42,983 bases of DNA from Octopus bimaculoides (taxonomy: Eukaryota). The notes beneath the pieces are model-generated. The model was not told the origin of the DNA. It was given only the letters and a program-made list of their open reading frames with translations, and searched no databases. Below are positions 30,670 through 41,010 of this stretch, piece after piece. Each line of letters begins with the position of its first letter. Positions within the stretch are counted from its first letter, which is position 1. Where the stretch lies: contig NC_068983.1 in NCBI RefSeq assembly GCF_001194135.2, forward strand, positions 28,798,775 to 28,841,757. Direction: 5' to 3'. Both the position numbers and the translations under genes were made by a program.

Positions 30670-30880
30670 TAAAAAAACGGAAGTCAAAATGGGAAAAGAG
30701 AAACAAGGTAAATAGAAAATAAAGAAAAGAAAAACAAAAGAAACAAGGAAAAACACATCAACTCAACACTAAGTGCCTCAATTGGTCGCACATCACAGGG
30801 CCTACAAGCTCGCGGTATTGCCACGATCGATGGCGAGGCTAAGGCTTTAGAACAGCCAAGCACCCACACTGGCATCACTT
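30670..30880 (-). mobile_element. 3' end of a CRE-clade non-LTR retrotransposon
   Basis: Minus frame SVGAWLF*SLSLAIDRGNTASL; shares the UTR tgtgatgtgcgaccaattgaggca.ttrgtgttga with 25772-26010. Confidence 0.75.
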
Positions 30881-31307
30881 CACCGTTTGCGGACTCGAAA
30901 CTAGTTTTTGGGTGACAGTTTATTACTTTCGATTGAATGAAAGGCAAAACTGACCGTGACGAGATTTGTCACAGAACGTAAAGAGGAGTAAACTAAATAC
31001 TGCAGGCATTATCGCCGATGCTCCAACGATTCTGTCCGACTTAGACGATACTGTTCTTTGCTTGTGGATCTGATCTGTTCGTTGAGAGCTGATCTGGCTT
31101 AAACAAAATCAACAACTACTGAAATAGTACTAAAACAACTCTTGCTCCATATATTCCATACTCGTTACTAAGAAATTTTTATTGATTACTTCTACATTAT
31201 TATGATATAAACAAGAGGATCACAGCAAGTATTTTGGAGGGGTTTCTTTACGTTTTTTTGACTCCTTAATTCCAGTTGAAGTTGTAGAGTACACCATCGA
31301 GACTTAC

Positions 31308-31355
31308 GATATACCTTAGTCTTTTGAGCCTAGCGGAGTCCAGTCCTTTCCACGG
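31308..31355 (-). other. Candidate 48-nt exon (PWKGLDSARLKRLRYI)
   Basis: Long pyrimidine tract (partly gap) plus aatcag| acceptor and |gtaagt donor; only frame 0 is open. Confidence 0.4.
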
Positions 31356-32517
31356 CTGATTGGGNNNNNNNNNNNNNNNNNNNGGGGGGGGGGGGTGTAG
31401 AGAAAGGGTAGTAAAAGAAAAATAGCAAAACAGCATACAATTTTCTTCTTTTGTTGACATTATTCATAGATGACTATTGATGCTTCTATATACAAAAATC
31501 AAAACACCAAGGCTAAAATTCAAAGTTCTTGGTAAAAGAATTAAGACTATGGTCTTGAGCAGTGGTTCCTTTGCGTATTTTGTCACACAACGCTTATATG
31601 ATTTTCTAAAATCACAGAATCCACACCTATACTTCACAGACTGTTACTGCCACCTTAATTTTAGTGAGACATTAAATGAAACATAACTTAAGATAAACAT
31701 CTTAGTAGAGAATTTGCATACATACATTAAAATAAAATAAATGTTTATTAAGTTTCATTATAAGACTCTCGCAGAAGTCCCCAATTTTTTTGTCCGGGAG
31801 CCCATTTTCATATAAATTGTGTATCTATTGCGTACTCAGACCGAAGAGGAGCTTGGTCCGGGCAAACATCCCCTCCATCTTAGACCCATCTGGTTTGTCC
31901 AGACGTGATGGGAAAAGACCTGATGGCCTCAACCTGTGCCCTTGTTCGAGAGGCAGTGCCTTGTCTGGGACGTCACAGTTAGCGACTCTGTAGTGAAACC
32001 TCTCTTTCGGGTATTCAATCACAAATGATAACAAAGCGGCTAACATCTAGCCTTCAACTGCCTTGGACCCTTGTGTCCACCACTCTGATTGGTTCTTAAT
32101 TGCGTGGCAATTGTCTACAGTTTTGTTTCGCGACAAGGTGCATACCATCCAATCGTGGCCTTCAGATAAGGTCACGTGAGAGAGTGATTTTCTGCTGTTC
32201 CGGTGAGCCCCTGTTCATCTATAAATAAGCCTGCTCCAAACTACGCCAGTCTTCGCGATCACAGGCCTTCTCAGGTGTGGTCGTTTGACCACATACCAAC
32301 CAGCCAGTTTCCAGTGACGACGCCAACACCACCGATCTACCGTCTACCACAATGTCGTCGCCACCAGCACCAACAACAGTAAACGCGGTTTTCATCTCGA
32401 CACTGTTTGAGTGGATGTTTGGGACTACTAAAGTAGAGTGATCTCGAACGCGCAGTCGCGCGTCCGCCCTAGCTAGTCGTGAGTGATCGATCCTAACCCT
32501 AAACACATGTATTCATT

Positions 32518-33065
32518 GGATCTTTTTTAAAACGGGGGCCACATTTTTCATTAACGAAACACTTTGAAACTTGGAACACTGGTAGAATGTGTCATATAAA
32601 ACATCTTTTTCTCTTAGTCTTCTTAAAAAAAAAAGAAATCCATAAATTATTCCATGTTAAAGTTGTCGTATTTCTGTAATTTCAACCAATCACTGACGTC
32701 CATTCAGCCGATATACATTAAGCGCCGACTACATAAACAAACGATTCTGAAACAATTAACCCTAACCCTAACCCTAGGGTTAGGGTTAGGGTTAAAGCAA
32801 ATTTAAAATGAAAAAAGCAAATAAAACGAAGAATCGTTTGTTTATGTAGTCGGCACTTAATGTATATCGGCTGAATGGACGTCAGTGATTGGTTGAAATT
32901 ATCGAAATAAGACAATCTTTTACATGAAATAAATTCGAATACAAAAATATTTTTCTGTTCTATAACACAAAATAGATAAGTATACGAAGTTTGAAAGTCT
33001 TTCGGTACCAAAAACACTACGTAAAACATTAATGAAAAATGTGGCCCCCGTTTTAAAAAAGATTC
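32518..33065. mobile_element. 548-bp MITE with 8-bp TSD (Merlin-like by G-starting TIR), internal 72-bp inverted repeat and telomeric palindrome
   Basis: TIR g(g/a)atcttttttaaaacgggggccacatttttcattaa; perfect TSD tattcatt at 32510-32517 and 33066-33073; inner arms 32677-32748 / 32830-32901 (one mismatch). Confidence 0.85.
32756..32795. repeat. Perfect 40-bp palindrome of telomeric hexamers tt(aaccct)3(agggtt)3aa
   Basis: The sequence equals its own reverse complement, centred on CCT|AGG. Confidence 0.95.
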
Positions 33066-34051
33066 TATTCATTTGCACACGCACGCGCACTTTTTATAGG
33101 ATCGACCACTCACGGCTAGCTAGCGTGGGTGCGCATTCGGGACCACTGCTTTAGTAGTACCTGGATGTTTCCACCACTTAGATAATAGTCAGAACAACCT
33201 GCGAGAATCTTCTGAACAAAGTAACCGGTCCAGCATCTACACTCAACTTCACACACAACATGAGACCACAGCTCTGCTCTTGGCCACAACTTCTTGTATA
33301 GACACTCTTTCCCATGTGAAACTCTTCTATGAACTGGTATTTCTCTATGTGCTCTGGACTCTCATAGTCTCTATTGCAACTATCAACCTTTTACAACTCC
33401 TTTGATTCTTCTGACATCTTGGATGCTGCAGCCAGAGTGAGATCCACAGCTTCTGCGGCTGAGTGGGACAAACTTCTGGAGTACCACGATCCGTCGGCCA
33501 ACTACAGTTTCCATCCTGTGGAGTTCGAGACGTTTGGTGGGGTCGAACCACTGACTGCGAGATTCTTGTCTTCATTGGCAGCTCGGGAGGGCGCTTGGTT
33601 GTTCTAGTGCATCAGCCTTGCCATCACCCGTGGCAACACTGCAAGCATGCTGTCGTGCCTCAGAAGTCATTAGAGAGGTTTCCCAGCGCCCCAAAACTTA
33701 CTTTTTGTTCGAGTAATAATGATACTATAACAATTTATTATTGAGTTTCTATCGATTAAGTAAAATGTTTTTCAAATTCAACAAGGTTAAAAATTTGAAA
33801 TGTTGGTTCCAGAACCTTAGTTGCTCATCACTGTTCATACGTTAATGAATTATTTCTAGAATTAACAAGCATTAATAAGTACTTAGTAATATAATATAGT
33901 GAAATAATGATGCTAGGTGTTCCCAGAAACGTAGAACATCAGATGAAAAGCTTTACGCTGTTTAACTCCATTCTACTATATTTTTAAGTTCAAATGTCCT
34001 TTGGACTTGACGTTGTCTTTAATCTTATAATCAATTTTAAAAAATTAATAC

Positions 34052-34191
34052 CAACGATGTTCTGAGTTTATGCAACCAACTAGAGAACCTCTTCCCTTTG
34101 TCTTTGATCAATCGTATTCCAGTCAAGTTACTGAAACAAACAAATACTTCGTGGAGTATTATCAGAGTAGATTCCCTTTGATCATCTTCAA
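34052..34191 (-). other. Candidate exon (EDDQRESTLIILHEVFVCFSNLTGIRLIKDKGKRFSSWLHKLRTSL)
   Basis: ttttctccatattgatag| acceptor, ttg|gtatta donor; phase-compatible with 31355. The antisense frame is also open. Confidence 0.3.
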
Positions 34192-36445
34192 CTATCAATA
34201 TGGAGAAAACGTGACTGACAATAAAAACTAAATCGCACTTTATAAAATAACATCGCACATGGTTTTACATGAATTTTATGCTTGAACTTAAATGGTGTTC
34301 AGTACGGGGGAAGCAAGGAACCTTTTTATGTTCAAAGGCTACATAAAAAGTTCAATTTAAAAAGGCTTAATTTTTTTTTTAAATCACTAAGAATAAACAT
34401 AATTACAATTCCTGTAAATATGTAATTAGAAATATTAAAGAAAAAAATTTTAATTGAGTTTATGTTATTTTTAAGAATATGAGAACATCAAGATAAATTA
34501 TCCTGTGTAATTAACAAAAAAAAAATGCACTTTTATAATTTCCAAACCTCTCCCAGAAGATCCCCTTACTAGTCTTTCTCTTAAGGCCATTTAGGTACAC
34601 ACCGATATACCATAAAAGAGTCCTTTTGTATTTTAAACAATAAACTAAAAGTGGAAGTCCCGAAGTTCACTTTTTAAACAAATATTCACATTGACAGCCA
34701 AGAGTCAACAAACTCTTTTGGAGATGGGGAAGATTAGAAATGTTTTCATCACTTGTAGACCAAACTGAACATAAAGTGAAACTATAATCATACAATGCTA
34801 CACAAACAACTTCTTTCTATCAAATGTTTGAAATGTCACTTGTTGTAATGAAGAAACTGCTACATATTTCTTGGCATAAATATCAGCATGCACCATGTAT
34901 AACCCACAGCAGTAAAGAGTTGGAATATTTTTAATTAGGCTAAATAAGGGCAATTGTACATTCAAAGTAAATACGCTTTCCTCAGTTGACAAAGTAAATC
35001 ATTTTTGTCATTCCATGGTTTCTTAGAATTCATTACATATGCTGCAAACTATATTGGAACAGCATGGATGCTGTTAGCTTCTGTTGCTCCATTTGTTCAA
35101 GAAGATGAAAACGTTTACTGTTTTAACATATTTCACTTGAGAAACGTTTTATTTTCTTACCAATTGAATGAACCTTTCATTTTTTTAATGGTATATTAAA
35201 ACAAAACATTGATTCATTTAGAAGTATTGCCAAAAGAAGTCTTTTGCTCTAGTTTATGGTACTGAATTTTACTATTTGTAATGTTGAATAAAGTTAGTGG
35301 GCTGGTCAAAATGAGGTTGTGGGCTGTTGTTTGCCAACCCCACTAAGGTAGATGAATATTTCTGAAACAGTAAATTTCATTATTACAGCAAATAAATAAA
35401 ACATGAGGCCTCTATTTAGTCACTCAATTTGTTAGAAACAGCAACCAAAATCTCCTTCAAATTATACTCAACTGTTTTAAAAATAGAAGGAAAACATAAA
35501 AAGGTAAGGAGATATGTCTTTGTAGAATAATGTAGTCATAAATACACTAATCATTGAACAAAGCTGAAATGATAGCAGCTTGACTTTTGTCATATATCAG
35601 TCAATGAAGGTTGACCTGTGGCTAAGAACAACAGAAATCACAAAAAAGAAGCTGAAAGATTTGAGAATGCTTACGTGATTTTAATAATTCTTTTCTTTAC
35701 AATACTAAACAGTATACAACAAGTAGTAAGCTCCCTAGTTTTCAACCATTAACTCAAGCCATTTCATTTCAATTATGCCCCTAACACTCTTGAGAAAGAC
35801 ATATACATCAAAACTTATTTCTACCTCAAATAATAATATACAGGACAGATACACCTAGATGAGAAAAACATCCCAATAATTTTGTGTACCATAATATAGT
35901 TTAGTCTTGCGCATTCAATAAATACACTGAAACAATTAAGATATCCCGGGAGAACTCTTTATAAAATGTATAATCCAGGAATAATCACATCTTAGAAGTG
36001 GAGTGGGAGAATTGAACAAAATACATTGCATCTTTAGCTTAAGTTTTGAGTTCAAATCTTACCAAGGTCAGCTTTGTCTGTAATCTCTCTAGGAATCAAG
36101 AAAATGTAATCTTAGTTGTGGGTTAGCATGACCATAGGCAATACATTTTAAACAGTGTAAAAAATCTGAAGAATATCAGCTTAAAATTACTATTAAAGGA
36201 AAGTTATAAGAAATATTTCTCTACAAATCAATGTAAAAATAATGTATTTAACAGAATGGTTGCTCTATTGCCAAAACATGGTGTATTTCTACATAAGAGA
36301 AGAAAGTTAATGGCTTAATGAATATTTTGATTTCCATTTCAAAATAAAAAAGATTCTTGGAAAAATCTATTATAAAATATTTATGTGAACAAATCCAGAA
36401 TGAAACCAGAAATAGAGCAGGCTTATTTGATATCCTCTGTTATAG

Positions 36446-36598
36446 GAGAATCATGAACACCTTCACATTACTGAAGGTGGACTGACCAATGACAATAAAT
36501 TAGAACTGTCGGTGGTAGTTGATGGTATTAGTTCAGCGTATGTTGGTTTGATAGTCGGTAGCTGCACAGTGAATACTGAGTATCATACCTACATTCAA
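36446..36598 (+). other. Candidate exon (ENHEHLHITEGGLTNDNKLELSVVVDGISSAYVGLIVGSCTVNTEYHTYIQ)
   Basis: tcctctgttatag| acceptor; 51 codons with strong G/purine first-position bias; weak donor |gtagta. Confidence 0.3.
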
Positions 36599-37464
36599 GT
36601 AGTATGGAGTGCATTCTGTGTTAACATATATTTCTGTGATAGGTTATTTTTAGATAACTACAGCCAACTATTTATTTGTGTAACACCATTTACACCAGAC
36701 ATGTATACCTACATCATAACATCCTTTCTCTGCTATATTACACAATGAGAAAGCATGTATGTAGTCCCATAGCCTGTAAGAAATAGCAACTGTACCTTCC
36801 TCAATGCACCTGCTACCAAAGAAGGGTACATAAGAGAAAATAGTTTTAGGTGCCCCAGTAAAGACAGATTCATCATGTCTAGAGTGTCTTTGATCATTTC
36901 CTTGGACCATCAACCCCTGATGGAGTTGTAATGGTACTGTTAATATATACAGCAAATCCTAGGCACTCTGAGATTAGCAGAAGCTCATCCCTTTCCAGAT
37001 CTGATCACAGGATTTTTTTATCAACTTGACCTAGAGTTAAACAATAACAGGAGTAAGTCTAAATGAAAAATCCTCACCCATCTATTATTTTCTTTATCTA
37101 TTCCATTCAAATCAATCCAGAATTATCATATGATCACAATTTATATGCTTATTTATCATGATGAGAGAATGAATCTATAATACAGTAAATTTCATGTTTC
37201 AACTCAGCATCACCTCTACTTATACAATATAACTCCATTGTCTCAGATCTTCCTTAGTTCTCATGTATCACACAACATACCACCTCCTACAAATTAATAA
37301 AACTTCCTCACTAATATTCCTTCATCCATTACATTATATCTCTACTTGTGTAACTGGATGTAGGTATGGCTGTGTGGTCAAGAAGTGGGTGCTTTCTAAG
37401 TAGGTTGTAGACATAGTCCATTGTCCAGATTAATTACATCACATGATCCTTGGGTGTCTTTTGT

Positions 37465-37680
37465 AGATTTCACTCAGTTGTAGAAATAAGCTGCAATGTC
37501 ACTGGTGCCAAGCTGTATCAGCCTTTGCTTTCTGCTTAGATAACATCAAAAAGGGGAAGCTGGTATGCATGAGTGACTGCTGGTCTTCTATAAACAACCT
37601 TGCCCGGACTTGTGCCTCGGAGGGGAATTTTCTAGATGCAATCCCATGGTCATTCATGACCGAAGGGGGTCTTTACCCTT
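37465..37680 (+). mobile_element. 3' part of a tRNA-derived SINE
   Basis: ctcag.tgtagaaat..gtcactggtgccaagctgtatc..cccatggtcattcatgaccgaagggggtctttaccct; a recurrent octopus repeat from recollection. A related head occurs at about 14560-14690. Confidence 0.65.
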
Positions 37681-38995
37681 ACTCTGGATGCAACCATCCT
37701 GGCCAGATCTCCATTTTAAAGATATCTTCTTCCAGCCCTTCATCTCACAATTCTCAAAAGCTCAGTAAAAAGTTATAGGCGTTGCCTGTTCCTTCTAATT
37801 AAAAATAAATTCCATGGCATAGTACTTTAAGAAAGAATCTTCACACATAACCTCCAGTCATTTAAATTTCGTTCATGAAAAGAACCTGTTTCCATTTGTA
37901 TTCATAGATGGTAGACTTAATCTATCATCCGGATAAACAGTACCACTTAGTTCTTGGATGGGTATTTTAGCAGAGCCCACTTTATTGTAAACATTCAAAC
38001 TAGATCTCCTGTCTGAAGATAACTTACACCCCAGCCTTCCTACCAGGCTCAAAGACCCTAAAAATGTGGTGGATACTGGTCTTTCTGCCTCCAAGTAAAT
38101 CGTGTAACAATTAATTGAAAAACGCAACTAAAATTTTATGCCTTTTATACTTTTACTTCCATGTTGTTTCAATCTTATTTGTAACCAATCTTTCTTATTA
38201 TTTATCAATAATGTGTGTCCAATGAACCATGTTCAGCTTGTTCCACTTCATTTGTTACAGATCCCCTATATGTATAGTCTACAGTTCAGAGAAATACTAC
38301 ATGTTATTTCTTGTGTACACCTCAAGGAGTTTGCGTTTGTATACACACACACGCATATATATATATATATATATATATGTTCATATTTATACTTATAGAG
38401 AGAGACGGGGAGATAGAAACACAGACAGACAGAGGAATTTTTCTACAGTAAACAGATATAAATTAAAAATGGATCTCTATCAATTTTGACAAAGATGGCT
38501 CCTACATACTTCCTATGAGGTGTATGATTACTCATTGTTGAAAAATAAATTTAAATGTATTATTACTTCATATCTATAATTAACAACTAAAAGATGCCTT
38601 TCTCAATATGAAAAGCAAAACCACACTTTCTTCAATCAACTGAATTTATCTGCTCAACGAATAAGCATGTGACTGAACATTCTCAGGCACTTGTACTCTT
38701 AACTTAATTTTCAGGCAGAGTCGACATAACACGGTTTCTCTTCACCCAGTTTCCCTCACAATGCTTGTTTTCATCACAAGGTTGGAGTAAAAGACACTTT
38801 ACTGAAGAGGTTACTCAGTAGAACTCAACCTTGGAACTTGTGATTCTCAAGCAAAATAGATATAACAATTTCTTAAATGTATTCCATTCTGTCAAGGCCC
38901 TATCCATTATCGTGTCTCTAATTCTACTTTCAGTATTATTTAATCAAATTGCCAGGACATTGTTTAACCCTGGGTCAACCTCGATTAAGCAATCA

Positions 38996-39300
38996 TCATC
39001 ATCATAATCATCGTTTAACGTCCGCTTTCCATGCTAGCATGGGTTGGACAATTTGACTGGGGACTGGCGAACCGGATGGCTGCACCAGGCTCCAATCTGA
39101 TCTAGCAGAGTTTCTACAGCTAGATGCCCTTCCTAACGCCAACCACTCTGAGAGTGTAGTGGGTGATTTTACATGCCACCGGCACGAGGGCCAGTCAGGC
39201 GGTACTGGCAACGGCCACGCTCAAATGGTGTTTTTTACGTGCCACATGCACAGGAGCCAGTCCAGCGGCACTGGCAACGACCTCACTCGAATGTTTTCTA
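38996..39300 (-). mobile_element. RTE-type LINE 3' UTR / derivative with (GAT)n tail
   Basis: Reverse complement of 20679-20925, with internal repeats (ggcactggcaacg / gtactggcaacg). Confidence 0.85.
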
Positions 39301-39394
39301 ACGTGTTCAAAACCATTCCAAACACGACCAATCCATCTTTATCCCTTATTTAAGATGGGTGTGTGAGCTGAAGAAAGTTAGAGTGCTATTTCTA

Positions 39395-40070
39395 GCAGTC
39401 AAATCGACCCCAGGACTTAATCTTTGTAAGCCTAGTACTTATTCTATAGGTCTCTTTTGCCGAACCACTAAGTTACGGGGGCCTAAACACACCAGCATCA
39501 GTTGTCAAGCGATGTTGGGGGGACAAACACAGACACACAACATATACACACGCATACATATATACACATATATATATATATATATATATACATATATACG
39601 ATGGGCTTCTTTCAGTTTCCATCTACCAAATCCACTCACAAGGCTTTGGTCGGCCCGAGGTTATAGTAAAAGACACTTGCCCAAGGTGCCACGCAGTGGG
39701 ACTGAACCTGGAACCATGTGGTCGGTATGCAAGCTACTTACCATACAGCCACTCCTGACCCCAGTACTTTTCCCCCGTTAAGCCTGATACTTATTTTATT
39801 GATCTCTTTTGCCAAACTGCTCAGTGATGGAGACATAAACACACCAGCACTGGTTGTCAAGCAGTGGTGAGGAACAAACATAGACACACACACATATATA
39901 TACTCATACAACAGGCTACTTTCAATTTCTGCCAACCAAAACCACGCACAAGGCTTTGGTCAGCCCAAGACTATAATTGAAGACACTTGCTCAAGGTGCT
40001 ATGCAGTGGGACTGAACCTGGAAGCATGTGGTTGGGAAGCGAACTTCTTACCACACAGCCACTTCCTTCA
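39395..40070 (-). mobile_element. Two tandem SINE family A copies (about 39395-39755 and 39760-40070)
   Basis: Each aligns to 7038-7445. Confidence 0.8.
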
Positions 40071-40289
40071 GTGTCCATCTACATTTCCATGCAAAGTATT
40101 GGTCAGCTTGAGACAATAGTAGAATACACTTACCCAATATGCTGCACAGTCAGATTAAATATAAAACTGTGATTATGAAGCAAACTTTTTGGCCATACAG
40201 CCATTCTATTCTTGCGTCTATGAATATAGTTGATAGTTTCTCTTAGCTAAGTAATCTAATTAGTGTTGATGGTGATTGGAAGGAAGAAA

Positions 40290-41010
40290 TTCAGTAAACT
40301 GCTGTCACAGCGAACCAGGAAAAAATTTCACTTGTCTACCAAACACAGATATTTCAAAGCATATATAAAAAATGTGACACAGTATGGTAGTGAGACATGG
40401 ACTGTAATTGAAAGAGCTGTAAAAGCTAGAGAGAAATGAATTGTTGAATGAATAATGTTAACTTGCTCAAGAAGTATACAATAAAACTGAAGAAATCCAG
40501 GAAACTGTTGTCACAGAAAACTAGAAAAAAATTTCCCCTTGTCTACAGAAGACAGACATTACGAAGTGTATATAAAAAAAAGCATGACACAGCATGGTAG
40601 CAAGACATGGACAGCAAATGTGGTAGAGTTGTAAAAGTTGGAGAGAAATGAACTGTTAAATGAATAATGGTAACCTGCATAAGAAACTAAGAGAGCAGCT
40701 GTGCATCGGACACAGAAGCTGAAAGATGAAGGACAGAAAACTACATTAGTAAGGTTCAAATGATACTATCAGGTGAGGAGTGCTGTTTAAAGAGGTATCA
40801 TGTACGACTGGTGGAGACGTATATGCAAGAGAAAGATTAAGAAGGACTTGGAAGAAGTGGTAATTTCAGATATCTTGATAATGTCTTCTAAAGAAAGATT
40901 ATGATGAAAGACTGAGATGATGGCTAATATGCTGTATAGTGGAACTAACCAATTCCTAAACCATCATACAAAATTGGACGTTAAATTACTGATGATTGAA
41001 GATGATTGCC
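40290..41010 (+). pseudogene. Decayed RTE-clade LINE ORF2 C-terminus with an internal ~205-bp tandem duplication
   Basis: Two copies of the (H/Y)GS(E/K)TW..KLERNE segment (about 40290-40465 and 40495-40680), then ..CLKRYHV..RRTW..VV and a degenerate ..ggacgttaaa..gatgat tail. Confidence 0.7.

Larger units (their letters stand above)
32421..33161. mobile_element. MITE with ~65-74-bp TIRs and 9-bp TSD (Mutator- or Merlin-like)
   Basis: TIRs gg(g/t)actactaaag..ctagctag.cgtgagtg.tcgatccta at 32421-32494 and 33097-33161; perfect TSD tggatgttt at 32412-32420 and 33162-33170. Confidence 0.85.
31989..33395 (+). mobile_element. Probable solo LTR (TG...CA, 4-bp TSD; Ty3/Gypsy-like), about 657 bp without the nested MITEs
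   Basis: Starts tgtagtg and ends ttttaca; TSD actc at 31985-31988 and 33396-33399; TATAAATA at 32220-32227 with an Inr-like CAGT 28 nt downstream. Confidence 0.7.
24900..33700. promoter_or_regulatory. CpG-retaining (probably unmethylated) zone, candidate promoter or intergenic region
   Basis: CpG dinucleotides are visibly common here even in non-repeat DNA, versus scarce in 1.3-22 kb and 34.5-42.9 kb. Judged by eye, not counted. Confidence 0.4.
31840..33770 (+). mobile_element. CRE-clade LINE 3' fragment (restriction-like endonuclease domain), split by nested insertions at 31989-33399
   Basis: KRSLVRANIPSILDPSGLSRRDGKRPDGLNLCP..(frameshift)..LVWDVTVSDS|FDSSDILDAAARVRSTASAAEWDKLLEYHDPSANYSFHPVEFETFGG..EGAWLF*CISLAITRGNTASML. 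The PD-(D/E)xK-type RLE rejoins in frame when the insert and one TSD copy are removed. Confidence 0.85.

Noticed and set aside
32756-32795. Telomere fusion site or true chromosome end
   Set aside because: Only three units per arm, orientation opposite to a fusion, and enclosed in a MITE with TSDs.
32351-33215. Gypsy gag start (VNAV..PP..SEQP-like) after an LTR end at ctaccaca (about 32350)
   Set aside because: No PBS, the similarity is weak with stops, and the TSD defines the insertion end at 33395, favouring a solo LTR.
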